Shown in pieces: positions 1 through 8,669 of a stretch of DNA of 55,788 nt. The notes under the pieces are model-generated. The model made no database searches. It was not told the DNA's origin and saw nothing but the letters and a program-made list of their open reading frames with translations. The stretch is from a virus (lineage: Duplodnaviria; Caudoviricetes): positions 1 to 55,788 of IMG/VR virus record IMGVR_UViG_3300027996_000041. One strand, 5' to 3'. How positions within the stretch are numbered: position 1 is the first letter of the stretch; the number at the start of each line of letters is the position of its first letter. A program made the translations under genes and the position numbers.

Positions 1-172
1 GGTCTGTCGCTTCATAAAAAGGAACAGCGTCTAATAAATTAGCTGTCATAGATTTACCAGCAGATGATGTACCATCTATTAATATAGCAACCTTATCAGA
101 TGTTTGCTCAGTTAAAACCCTTATATTGGCTTCTTTGATTAATTGTCTCTTTAGTTTTTCTATTCTACCCAT
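1..172 (-). CDS. P-loop kinase-like protein (chloramphenicol-phosphotransferase/AAA_33-like), 5' part only, runs off the window
   Basis: Not in the ORF track. Manual translation from ATG at 172 gives MGRIEKLKRQLIKEANIRVLTEQTSDKVAILIDGTSSAGKSMTANLL..., with Walker A GTSSAGKS after a hydrophobic strand; a TATTTATA element lies upstream. Confidence 0.7.
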   Translation of the reverse strand, partial: MGRIEKLKRQLIKEANIRVLTEQTSDKVAILIDGTSSAGKSMTANLLDAVPFYEATD

Positions 173-185
173 ATTATCTTTTTAT

Positions 186-193
186 TATAAATA
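186..193 (-). promoter_or_regulatory. TATTTATA phage promoter-like element
   Basis: Coding-strand TATTTATA ending 14 nt from the ATG at 172; the same motif recurs before many genes. Confidence 0.6.
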
Positions 194-200
194 TGTAGGC

Positions 201-226
201 AAAAAAATAAGGTCAGAAGACCTTAT
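201..226 (-). terminator. Intrinsic terminator
   Basis: ATAAGGTC-TTCT-GACCTTAT stem-loop followed by a T-run on the minus strand, downstream of 274..744. Confidence 0.75.
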
Positions 227-273
227 ATATTTTTAGGTTAAAAATTTGTCCCACCTTTTTATAGGTTTGTATT

Positions 274-744
274 TTATTTTTCTTTTGGTTTTGGTTCGGA
301 ACCCATTTGTGGTATATCGATATTACCAGACATTTCTTCTGACCAATTACTCCATGAAAGTTTGGGGTCTGCTTTAATACGGTCTCTTACGGAATTCTTT
401 ATGAATTCCTTGATTTTCCCACCCTCAAGACTCATCTCCTCTTGTGTGTACTCTAAAGTAGATAACCATTTTAAAAACTCTGATTCTGCCTTACTTTTTA
501 ATTTCTCGTTAAATACGATATATAACGCTTCATCAACCTTACTATCAAAATTTAATTCCATAGGGCCAAATCTAGGTTTTGAATCACCTGGTATTGGTGA
601 TTTGTTACTGTGAACACTTTCAATTAGAAGATTCTTTTTTATTTGTAATTCTGTTTCGGTTAACCTAGGAGATTCTAACCTCTCCATCATTAACTTCATT
701 TCTTTTATTTGTTTCGTTTGTTTTTCTATAAGTCCCATAATCAT
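274..744 (-). CDS. Hypothetical protein (possible virion internal protein)
   Basis: 156-aa ORF in operon orientation; N-terminal QIKEM..RLTETE motif. Confidence 0.65.
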   Translation of the reverse strand: MIMGLIEKQTKQIKEMKLMMERLESPRLTETELQIKKNLLIESVHSNKSPIPGDSKPRFGPMELNFDSKVDEALYIVFNEKLKSKAESEFLKWLSTLEYTQEEMSLEGGKIKEFIKNSVRDRIKADPKLSWSNWSEEMSGNIDIPQMGSEPKPKEK

Positions 745-760
745 TTAATTTTATTTAATT

Positions 761-2128
761 TTATTTAAACATTTTTCTACAAGCCGCCCCTAGTTTACTA
801 TCATTAGAGTTATCTTTAGCCATATCTTTTAACTTTTGTGTACAATTATCATCTTGTTTGATTAATTGTCTACACTTAGCCCCTAAATCAGCGTCATTAG
901 GTAATCCTTTAGCTAATTTATTAATTGTTGCTTTGTTTGCTTTTGCGTTAACAGCAACAGTCTCATTTAAAGATTCTTTCCCTTTAAGTTTGTTGAACAT
1001 TCTTTTAAATGATTCATCACTACTTTCAGTTATGTTTTTTTTAGTGGTTGTTGAATCTGAAGATTTAAATTCCCATAGATGTCTCATCTTGTTAATACTT
1101 TCATTAACAATACTCACATTTTTTTCATGGGTAACAATAACCTCACCATCTTCAGCTCCCTCCCATACTAATCTATAAGAGTTTTGACCATCAGTTATAG
1201 AAAATACCGTTTCGTCAACTCTAACTCTAGAGGGTAATCTATCAACTAATTTAATAATCTGTTTTTTATTTTTAATAGTTCCTTTAACTTTAAAAATATT
1301 TTCCTTTCCAATATCTGAATAACCTTCACGTAAATCACTAGACTTAGATGTTTTACCCTTTAAATAATTTTGAGCGTCTTCTTTTTCTGGCCCATTTAAA
1401 CCAGAAATATAGTCATTTATGGCCTTCCTATTACCATCTTTTAACCAACCATCAATAAGTTCTCTGTGATTAGGTATATCTTCAAAATCGTCACCAAACA
1501 TACCTTCGTTGATTGGTTTATCTGTTACCCTTACTTTTGGTGTGTAGTGGTATTCGTCTGGGTCCTCGTATTTGTGTTTTAAATATTTTTCACTATATTT
1601 TTTTAATTTCTCATAGGTAGCGTCACCGTCATTAAGGTCTTCCATTCTTTCCTCAAACTTATCATGTACTTCCGTACCTTCATTGTCATATTTTAATGCC
1701 TGCATCCCAGTCCCTAGAGCTTCAGTATCATAAACATCTTCTGGTTCTGTTTGGTCGTCTTTCCTATTTACCTTTGGGGAGTCAAACGCTTCGCCAATCT
1801 GTGTTGGTTCCGATTCATCTGTTTTTTGAAATCCAACCATTCTTTTAGCGACTTCTTTATAATAATCGTCAGCATCTTTTTTATCTTCTTTATGTACTTT
1901 AGTTAAAGCGGGTTGTACAGATGGTTCACCTAGTTTAGTACCCTTTTTACTGATTTTATCAAAATAATCCTCAACAGTTTCCATTGGGCCGAATTGTCCA
2001 GCCTCTTCAGAATCTAAATTATCACTTTTATCCTTAACACCAAAAGCAACCTCCATATCTTCAAAACCTGTTGTTTCGAATAGGTGGTTCATTTTTTCTT
2101 TTAATATTTTTTTAATGTTTTTTGACAT
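761..2128 (-). CDS. Acidic hypothetical protein, candidate head-packaged protein
   Basis: 455 aa. N-terminal KKILKE, several INE/VNE/ITE/LNE sites, and two C-terminal ND-x-x-LG-x-x-CR repeats. Confidence 0.75.
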   Translation of the reverse strand: MSKNIKKILKEKMNHLFETTGFEDMEVAFGVKDKSDNLDSEEAGQFGPMETVEDYFDKISKKGTKLGEPSVQPALTKVHKEDKKDADDYYKEVAKRMVGFQKTDESEPTQIGEAFDSPKVNRKDDQTEPEDVYDTEALGTGMQALKYDNEGTEVHDKFEERMEDLNDGDATYEKLKKYSEKYLKHKYEDPDEYHYTPKVRVTDKPINEGMFGDDFEDIPNHRELIDGWLKDGNRKAINDYISGLNGPEKEDAQNYLKGKTSKSSDLREGYSDIGKENIFKVKGTIKNKKQIIKLVDRLPSRVRVDETVFSITDGQNSYRLVWEGAEDGEVIVTHEKNVSIVNESINKMRHLWEFKSSDSTTTKKNITESSDESFKRMFNKLKGKESLNETVAVNAKANKATINKLAKGLPNDADLGAKCRQLIKQDDNCTQKLKDMAKDNSNDSKLGAACRKMFK

Positions 2129-2141
2129 GTTTATCTTTTTT

Positions 2142-2149
2142 TATAAATA
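2142..2149 (-). promoter_or_regulatory. TATTTATA phage promoter-like element
   Basis: Same 14-nt offset to the ATG (2128) as the copy at 186-193. Confidence 0.6.
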
Positions 2150-2168
2150 TCCTTGTTATAACGTAAAA

Positions 2169-4517
2169 TTAATTACTTCCTGTATAATTCTTCCTAGGCT
2201 CCATTTTCTCATAAAACCCCTCCTTACTACCTTTCCACCAAATGGGTAACCCATGTTCTTTATTATAGTCCATTTGTTCTGGTGTGACACCCTTTAATTT
2301 AGCTTTAATTTTATCTAATATTTTTTCTTCAGATAGTCCAGTTACTTTAGAAATCTCACCTATACTCTCAAACACTGTATCACTAAACTCCAATGGACTG
2401 TCTATAGCTCCTTGACTACACCATGGTTGGTTATTGTATTTAGCACATTTATCTTTAATCTTAACGTACTTACCACCTTTAACCCATTTAATTTTATTAA
2501 TTTCATCTAATAAAGATTCCTTTATACCTTCAGTTAATACACCACTATTATTGATTTTTTGAACTATTTTCCCACCTTTAAATATTGGTTTTCTTGATGG
2601 TATGTGGTCTTTACCTTTTGCTCCAAATATTGGTACAACGGGTGGCCCGTTTGCTCCCCATACCGAAGCGTGTGTTGTTGCTTCCTCTATCTCTTCTTCT
2701 TTTCTTCTATGTGGTTTTTTAATAGAACCCTCATAACCTATTGATGCGGTACAAACAGCGTAAGGGTTGTAATCCTTACCATCTTTTTTATTTTGTTTTT
2801 TAACATCTTTTACACAACGTTCCCATTTTTTCTTATGTATGGGACTTTCTTTTGTTTTTTTCTTTTCCCCTTCATTAACATTGTCATCACCCAATATATC
2901 AAACACGTCTTGAGCAAAGTTAGGGTCTGTTAAGTCGGACTCTATGCTTTGAATGTTTTTTTCTTCCCACTTTTTTGAAAGTATCTTATAAAAATAATAA
3001 TAAAGTTTTTTAATAGCCCACTTACTAGCTGGTAAATCTCTTCCATTTACTTTTATATACGCATAAGCACTACCTGTATTACTGTAAGAATATTTAACCT
3101 CAATTTTAGCGTTTTGTTTTATACCTGGTAACGAAAAAGTCACCGTATCACCTTCGTCCCAAACACTATATCTAGTGTCGATGAACTGAGCATCTTCAGG
3201 TAAACGTTGTTTTACTCTTTTTAAAATACTTAAAACTAATTTATCTTCTTTTGATTTGATTAACCAACCCTCATTAATCTTATCCGTTTGTTTATCAGTT
3301 AAAGATAAATCAGAGTCAGTCCAGTTTATATCCATTTTAGCTAAGATATCCGATATTTCACCACCTTCCCAAGTTAATTCATCCTTTCTTTCCCAACCTT
3401 TCTCATCGCCAACCCAAGCATCCCCATCGAAACTACCACCTTCATCCCTTAATTTACTAGAACTATTTGATGATAGTTCACTTATTAAGTCTTTTTTGGA
3501 TATGATTTTTGCTTCGGTTTTTTTAGTTACCGTATATATTTTACCGATTGGGTTACTTATAGATTTTTTTCCTGTAATTTCTTTTCCAATCTGTTTAGCG
3601 AACGGTTTTTTAATTATTGTTTCATCCTTACCACCTAGAGGGCCAATAAAAACACCAGTTGATACACCACCACCGGTATTGGTCTCATCTACGTTAAACT
3701 TAGACTCTAACTTATCTAATAGATTTGTGTATATTTTAGTTAATTTATCAACATCACTAACCTTACCTTTATGTTTCTTATAAAAGTTGTTAATCATTGT
3801 CTCTACAGTATCCTTATGTTGGTACTGTGCGGTCTTTATAGTTGATAGTATTCTTTGTACCTCATCCTTAATGGATGTACCACCCATTATAGATGTTTCT
3901 TTTAAATCTTTTTCTAACCCTTTTTCTGAAGCTATAGCCCCATGTTTTTCATTAGAATAGAAATCATGAAATTCTGTTACATGGTCCATCGCAATTTCTT
4001 TAGCTTTAACTTTTGAATTCGTATGTTCCATTTCCACTTTAGTACCTAATTTAATTTCTTTTTTAATATCACCAATGGGTACTTTATGTTTTTTAGCTAT
4101 ATCTTGTACTGTTAACCCTTCAGCTTTACCACCTTTAATTTCTTCAGCTTCCACTTTTATACCAGTGGGCTTTGGTCTTGAGCTACTTAAAGCTCTTTTA
4201 AAATTTAGACCAACCTTCATACCCATTTTATTTTTTTTGGCTCCTTGCGATAATTTAAAGTCATTACCTTCAAAAACATCAAAATCTATTTGCTCATCTG
4301 GTGGTGGTAATAAGTCGTACTTATCGATACCTGGTATAACGCCTAACATTCTACCATCATCCCATTTAACATGTAAAGTACCTAAATCATCAACCCCTTC
4401 TATAGTACCCTCTAAGTCTGTATCTACAGCATTTTGGTCCTCCATAGAAATCATGCGAATTCTCATACCTTTTTTGGCCATCCTATCTTTATAGGTATTA
4501 TTACTAACCCAACCCAT
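2169..4517 (-). CDS. Mosaic protein: DUF4314-like N-terminal domain, DUF5661-like domain and further small modules
   Basis: GTIEGVDDLGTLHVKWDDGRMLGVIPGIDKY is the DUF4314 pattern; GTKVEMEHT..AKEIAMDHV.E..DFY is the DUF5661 pattern; also a KWERCVKDVKK..NPYAVCTAS module. Confidence 0.75.
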   Translation of the reverse strand: MGWVSNNTYKDRMAKKGMRIRMISMEDQNAVDTDLEGTIEGVDDLGTLHVKWDDGRMLGVIPGIDKYDLLPPPDEQIDFDVFEGNDFKLSQGAKKNKMGMKVGLNFKRALSSSRPKPTGIKVEAEEIKGGKAEGLTVQDIAKKHKVPIGDIKKEIKLGTKVEMEHTNSKVKAKEIAMDHVTEFHDFYSNEKHGAIASEKGLEKDLKETSIMGGTSIKDEVQRILSTIKTAQYQHKDTVETMINNFYKKHKGKVSDVDKLTKIYTNLLDKLESKFNVDETNTGGGVSTGVFIGPLGGKDETIIKKPFAKQIGKEITGKKSISNPIGKIYTVTKKTEAKIISKKDLISELSSNSSSKLRDEGGSFDGDAWVGDEKGWERKDELTWEGGEISDILAKMDINWTDSDLSLTDKQTDKINEGWLIKSKEDKLVLSILKRVKQRLPEDAQFIDTRYSVWDEGDTVTFSLPGIKQNAKIEVKYSYSNTGSAYAYIKVNGRDLPASKWAIKKLYYYFYKILSKKWEEKNIQSIESDLTDPNFAQDVFDILGDDNVNEGEKKKTKESPIHKKKWERCVKDVKKQNKKDGKDYNPYAVCTASIGYEGSIKKPHRRKEEEIEEATTHASVWGANGPPVVPIFGAKGKDHIPSRKPIFKGGKIVQKINNSGVLTEGIKESLLDEINKIKWVKGGKYVKIKDKCAKYNNQPWCSQGAIDSPLEFSDTVFESIGEISKVTGLSEEKILDKIKAKLKGVTPEQMDYNKEHGLPIWWKGSKEGFYEKMEPRKNYTGSN

Positions 4518-4780
4518 TATATATTCTCTAATTTATTTGCCCAAAAACTTCTTCTTTGCCACATTGTTTTATAGAATTGTACTAATACTTTTTCAGAAAT
4601 TTTAGCTACCTCTTTCTGTGTTGGTTTGTCGTTTTTAAGTTGCTTTTTAACTAGTGTTTCGATTTTAGTCTTTATATCCGAAGACTTTAACATATCCTCG
4701 AATTCTTTTCTAGCCAACTTTTTGATTTCAGCTTTATCGTCTCTAGTTAGTTCTTCTCTAATAATTTGTTTAATCTTCAT
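4517..4780 (-). CDS. Hypothetical protein with N-terminal IIREEL motif
   Basis: 87-aa ORF; stop overlaps the start of the next gene; TATTTATT element directly upstream. Confidence 0.75.
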   Translation of the reverse strand: MKIKQIIREELTRDDKAEIKKLARKEFEDMLKSSDIKTKIETLVKKQLKNDKPTQKEVAKISEKVLVQFYKTMWQRRSFWANKLENI

Positions 4781-4783
4781 ATT

Positions 4784-4791
4784 AATAAATA
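4784..4791 (-). promoter_or_regulatory. TATTTATT element, near-leaderless
   Basis: Coding strand reads ATATTTATTAAT-ATG. Confidence 0.55.
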
Positions 4792-4803
4792 TTGACTGTA
4801 ACC

Positions 4804-4832
4804 AAAAAAATCGAACTAATGTTCGATTTTTT
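4804..4832. terminator. Intrinsic terminator, potentially bidirectional
   Basis: AAAAAATCGAAC-TAAT-GTTCGATTTTTT perfect inverted repeat with A/T tails. Confidence 0.8.
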
Positions 4833-4879
4833 AATACACTAACTAGTGATTATAAAAGTTTTTAAATTTTTTACAATAA

Positions 4880-5047
4880 CTAAGCTCGTCTTCTTCTGTT
4901 TGGTGAACTTTTACTAGTGTGGTTTCTATTTTCTGATACCCTATTTTTAGATTCCTCCAATCTTTCTTCTCTTTTTACTCTTTTTACTATACTCTCTAAA
5001 AGAGTTACGAATTCACTTTCCGTGTATCTTAATACTTTTTTGGCCAT
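4880..5047 (-). CDS. Small basic protein (55 aa) with KKVLRYTESEF N-terminal motif
   Basis: Not in the ORF track. Manual translation: MAKKVLRYTESEFVTLLESIVKRVKREERLEESKNRVSENRNHTSKSSPNRRRRA*. Bounded by an upstream TATTTATT (5080-5087) and the terminator at 4804-4832. Confidence 0.75.
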   Translation of the reverse strand: MAKKVLRYTESEFVTLLESIVKRVKREERLEESKNRVSENRNHTSKSSPNRRRRA

Positions 5048-5110
5048 TTTGATTGTTTTTTTTTAAATAATTATTCAATAATAAATATGTTCTAAACTAG
5101 CTAAAAATCG

Positions 5111-5431
5111 TTATAATCTAAATTTACTCATATAATATCTTTTCCTATGTTGTCTTCCCATCATCTTAGACGTTAATTCTAATGTTTCTGGTATTTTGAT
5201 GTCAGCCACATCTAACTCATCTGTTAGTTTTAATAAAACTTCTAAAAATTCCCCAGTAAGTTGTCTAACATAATCCATACGACCCAAATCATCATCAACG
5301 ATATCGGTTAAATTGTCTAATTTATTTGTTAAATCAGTTACATCAGTTACAGTATCATCGACCTCCATTAAATAATTTAATGAGCCTTTAAGTTCTGAAT
5401 TTGTAAATATGAGTTTATTAAAATAAGCCAA
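5111..5431 (-). CDS. Hypothetical acidic helical protein
   Basis: 106 aa, TTG start; a TATTTATT element at 5445-5452 at the same 14-nt offset supports this start. Confidence 0.65.
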   Translation of the reverse strand: MAYFNKLIFTNSELKGSLNYLMEVDDTVTDVTDLTNKLDNLTDIVDDDLGRMDYVRQLTGEFLEVLLKLTDELDVADIKIPETLELTSKMMGRQHRKRYYMSKFRL

Positions 5432-5472
5432 GAATATGTTTTTAAATAAATATGTTTTACTATGGTAAAAAT

Positions 5473-5802
5473 TTATTTAATAACTATTTTTCTATTTAAA
5501 AGATTGGTTAGGGTACAACTAATTAACTGGTTTATGTCGTTATACTCGTTTTCTTTAATCAAATAGCCATCCACCTTAACCTGTGGAGCATATTCACTAC
5601 CACCCATTTTAGCTAATTTATCCCACATAACCTGATTACCACCCATTCCAATAGTTTCAAAAACAACGCCTACCTTATCTAGTTTATTTTTTAGCTCTAC
5701 ACAAGCTGGACAACCATCTAAAGCATAAACTAAAACCTTTTTATCGCTGTTGTTTTTAATCTCCTCTAATAAACTTTTTATTTGTGAATTACTTTTATCC
5801 AT
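5473..5802 (-). CDS. Glutaredoxin/NrdH-like redoxin
   Basis: VYALDGCPAC active-site CxxC; cis-Pro motif YAPQV followed by DG. Confidence 0.85.
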   Translation of the reverse strand: MDKSNSQIKSLLEEIKNNSDKKVLVYALDGCPACVELKNKLDKVGVVFETIGMGGNQVMWDKLAKMGGSEYAPQVKVDGYLIKENEYNDINQLISCTLTNLLNRKIVIK

Positions 5803-5848
5803 ATTTAATTTTTCTTTAAATTACTAAAAAAATGGTAATAATTAAATG

Positions 5849-6244
5849 TTAATCTATAACATTTTTTACAATCCATGATGATGTTGTTATTGTAGCACAA
5901 CCAATAATAAAACCTACCCAAGGCTTATTATACCACTTATCAACCTTTTTAAGTCTTTCATCGTATAACAATATGGTTTCATTTAAAATTTCCATTTGTT
6001 TATTTTTATAACCTAATAATAAACTATCTTGTGTTGTTAAAGTATTTTGTAAGTTTACCTGGGTTTTTAAATCATTAATTAAGACTGTTTTAATACTGTC
6101 TTGGTAGACTAGTGTGTCTATTGCTTTAAAAACTTCTTCTAATTCTTGATTAGCTATAGTTGTAGAATCATTAGTTGTTTGTGAAAAACTAGTTAAGGTT
6201 AGTAAAATGAAACTAAGAATAAGAAATACAATTAATTTTTTCAT
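5849..6244 (-). CDS. Secreted/membrane protein, spanin-like candidate
   Basis: Signal peptide MKKLIVFLILSFILLTLTSFS|Q, coiled middle, C-terminal KWYNKPW followed by a hydrophobic segment. Confidence 0.6.
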   Translation of the reverse strand: MKKLIVFLILSFILLTLTSFSQTTNDSTTIANQELEEVFKAIDTLVYQDSIKTVLINDLKTQVNLQNTLTTQDSLLLGYKNKQMEILNETILLYDERLKKVDKWYNKPWVGFIIGCATITTSSWIVKNVID

Positions 6245-6552
6245 TTTTTATGTTTATCTTTAAAATCTTTTAGTGTGTCTACAGCACTTTCAGTATTCTT
6301 AACCTTGGACTCTGTGTCTTTGATTTTTTCTTCGTTCTTTTTGATTTTTTCTTTAGTACTTTTTTTGGACTTTGTTACCTCATCAACCTTTTTTTGTGTT
6401 TCTTTTAGGTCGTTTTCTAATTTCTTTTTATCTTTTTTAAATTCTTTTTTTTCTTTACTTGAATTTGATATTTTAGAAAAAATAAGAAATACACTAAATA
6501 AAGCGACAATACCACCAGACACCCATAACCATATTTTTTTAATCTTTTCCAT
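6241..6552 (-). CDS. Membrane-anchored coiled-coil protein, i-spanin-like candidate
   Basis: N-terminal TM segment (IWLWVSGGIVALFSVFLIF) then a Lys/Glu coiled coil; 4-nt overlap with the next gene. Confidence 0.6.
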   Translation of the reverse strand: MEKIKKIWLWVSGGIVALFSVFLIFSKISNSSKEKKEFKKDKKKLENDLKETQKKVDEVTKSKKSTKEKIKKNEEKIKDTESKVKNTESAVDTLKDFKDKHKK

Positions 6553-6554
6553 AC

Positions 6555-7112
6555 TTAAAAACCACCTTCTTCAGTCCCAAAACCACCTTCTTCAGTTCCT
6601 TCTTCAGCTCCAAATTCAGATTCTTCAGCCCCTTCTTCAGCTCCAAATTCAGATTCTTCATCTGGTAGTGTACTACCCGTTAGTCTACCACTCCATTCGT
6701 CTGACCAAACATCATAATATCCCCTTAACTTTTTAAGAACCTCCAACACTTCATCACGTAACTGAATTAATTCCGTTGTATAAACATAACACCCAACAGT
6801 ATCATCTAGTGAAAAAGTCCAATCTATTTTTTCTCTAATTAAATGGCCAGACCATTCAACATTTTCTCTATGTACTTTAATTGGGTCGAACTTAACTAGT
6901 TTGGATACTATGTCCTTAAATTTATTCTCCTCATCTTTTTGTTCATCGGGTTCAACCGTTTGTATTTCTTCTTCATTAAGAAGTTTAGACGCTTCCGATT
7001 CCATTAATAAAGCCACATTTTCTTTGTTATTAACAGGGAAATCTGTTAACCCTATTTTTTGACCACTTTCTTGTAATCTCCTTATTTTATCTAAAAATTC
7101 TCTATTATCCAT
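6555..7112 (-). CDS. Hypothetical acidic protein with repetitive C-terminal tail
   Basis: 185 aa; EESEFGAEEG x2 and TEEGGF x2 at the C-terminus. Confidence 0.75.
   Translation of the reverse strand: MDNREFLDKIRRLQESGQKIGLTDFPVNNKENVALLMESEASKLLNEEEIQTVEPDEQKDEENKFKDIVSKLVKFDPIKVHRENVEWSGHLIREKIDWTFSLDDTVGCYVYTTELIQLRDEVLEVLKKLRGYYDVWSDEWSGRLTGSTLPDEESEFGAEEGAEESEFGAEEGTEEGGFGTEEGGF
6558..6660. repeat. In-frame coding repeats (33-bp and 21-bp units)
   Basis: ccttcttcagctccaaattcagattcttca occurs twice and aaaaccaccttcttcagt occurs twice. Confidence 0.75.
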
Positions 7113-7114
7113 TT

Positions 7115-7702
7115 TTATATTATTTTTTCAAATTCAAAAGCCGGACTTACATCCGTTATATCTTTAAAGTAGTTACTTCTAAATGTTATACCTTTAAATA
7201 TATCGACATTCTCATTATATACATTATTACCTATAATTTCTTTAGGTATCTCAAACTCCACACACAAATGGTCTATAAGATTTTTTAATGATTCAAATTG
7301 TTTGTCTGTGTACTTTTTCCAATATTTTTTATTTCTCCAACTCTTTTCAATGAAATCAGATTCTTTACTATAAGTATGCCCAAGCCAATCAACAAAAACG
7401 TTCATTTCGTTTAATCTTAACCATCCCTCATTCACCAACGTTATAGATATGTTACACCTATCTTGTTCACAACCTAAAAAATCAGAATAGTTTTTTGGGT
7501 CGAAGTGTTGGTATACGTTACCATCTTTGTCTATAGTAAAAGTTGAAGTTTTTTTATAATTACCGTTTCTACGATTTATCCAAGACTCAAAATGTATCAT
7601 ACCTTTTCTACTATTATGACCAACTACTATTTGTGTTTTTTTATAGTTTTTTTTATAGTAATTACTAATAGGTAACTTATATGTTTTTTTATCTATCTCC
7701 AT
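7115..7702 (-). CDS. N-acetylmuramoyl-L-alanine amidase (Amidase_2) fold protein, catalytic residues apparently degenerate
   Basis: QIVVGHN, FTIDKDGNVYQHFD, YTDKQFESLKNLIDHLC..FEIP and DVSPAF follow the Amidase_2 layout. Confidence 0.75.
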   Translation of the reverse strand: MEIDKKTYKLPISNYYKKNYKKTQIVVGHNSRKGMIHFESWINRRNGNYKKTSTFTIDKDGNVYQHFDPKNYSDFLGCEQDRCNISITLVNEGWLRLNEMNVFVDWLGHTYSKESDFIEKSWRNKKYWKKYTDKQFESLKNLIDHLCVEFEIPKEIIGNNVYNENVDIFKGITFRSNYFKDITDVSPAFEFEKII

Positions 7703-8484
7703 TACTCAACTACCCTTTTTGTTTCGCCGTCCTCTTGAATTCCCTCCAAGGGTTCATGTTTTACTTTTAATTTTTCCTTAACCTCTTGGGCATATTCTTT
7801 TACTTCTGCTTTAGGTATATCGTTTACTTCTGCTTTAGGTATATCGTTTACTTCTGCTTTAGGTATATCGTTTACTTCTGCTTTAGGTATATCGTTTACT
7901 TCTGCTTTAAAAACACTTCCATAACTTTTAGGTGTATAAACATCTTCAGGATGGTTTGTCATTGTGTTATACATGTCTTCCTCTACATCGTCAACCTTAT
8001 AGTTTACTAAAGTATCTTCTTCAGGTTTTTCATACTTAACAAAGAAATGTAATGATGTTAAAGATATTATAGGTAATAAACCACCCTCTAAAAAGGCTAA
8101 CCATCTTTTCATACCAACTAAGTCAGTTGTCTCAGTCCCCATTAGTTCCCATACAGGGCCCGTTAATTCTATCCAAGATTTGAATAACTCACCATTTTCA
8201 TCTATTTCTTTAAAGGAATAAAAAATGTTGCCTATCATTTGAATAAAGGTAACTATACCAAACATAAACCAAATACCACCCTTAACCTTATTGGATGCAG
8301 CAACTAACGCTGTTATAGCCCCAACTTCAATAGCTATAGATAGGTATATAGCCCAATTTATAGGGTTAGCCATGTCGTACCAAGATACAACGTGCGATAT
8401 AGATATTCCAGCTACCAAAAGTATGGGTAACAAAAACATTGACCTATTCGGATTATTTTTTATCCAGTTCCAGAAACTTATCAT
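7702..8484 (-). CDS. Multi-pass membrane protein (holin-like candidate) with repeat tail
   Basis: About four hydrophobic segments in the first 150 aa; adjacent to the amidase-like gene; KAEVNDIP repeats. Confidence 0.7.
   Translation of the reverse strand: MISFWNWIKNNPNRSMFLLPILLVAGISISHVVSWYDMANPINWAIYLSIAIEVGAITALVAASNKVKGGIWFMFGIVTFIQMIGNIFYSFKEIDENGELFKSWIELTGPVWELMGTETTDLVGMKRWLAFLEGGLLPIISLTSLHFFVKYEKPEEDTLVNYKVDDVEEDMYNTMTNHPEDVYTPKSYGSVFKAEVNDIPKAEVNDIPKAEVNDIPKAEVNDIPKAEVKEYAQEVKEKLKVKHEPLEGIQEDGETKRVVE
7799..7909. repeat. Perfect 24-bp tandem repeat, 4.6 copies (KAEVNDIP)
   Basis: Unit tttacttctgctttaggtatatcg at 7799, 7823, 7847 and 7871, plus a partial copy at 7895-7909. Confidence 0.95.
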
Positions 8485-8669
8485 ACCTCAAAACCAAAAT
8501 TAAGTACCATCACCCTAAGTCTAGCACATTTTTCATTATTACATGGGCATATTTTAAATTCTAATAATGTTAACTTCCCAAATCGGATAGTTATACTCCA
8601 TTTATTTTTTTTATTTCCGCCCTTCCAAGAGTTAATCCAATTTACCATAATTTTATTTTTCTTCATCAT
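8481..8669 (-). CDS. Small hypothetical protein
   Basis: 62 aa, overlapping both neighbours in operon fashion. Confidence 0.6.
   Translation of the reverse strand: MMKKNKIMVNWINSWKGGNKKNKWSITIRFGKLTLLEFKICPCNNEKCARLRVMVLNFGFEV

Noticed and set aside
7799-7909. 24-bp repeats as a CRISPR array
   Set aside because: The units are head-to-tail with no spacers, lie in frame within a CDS, and no cas genes are nearby.
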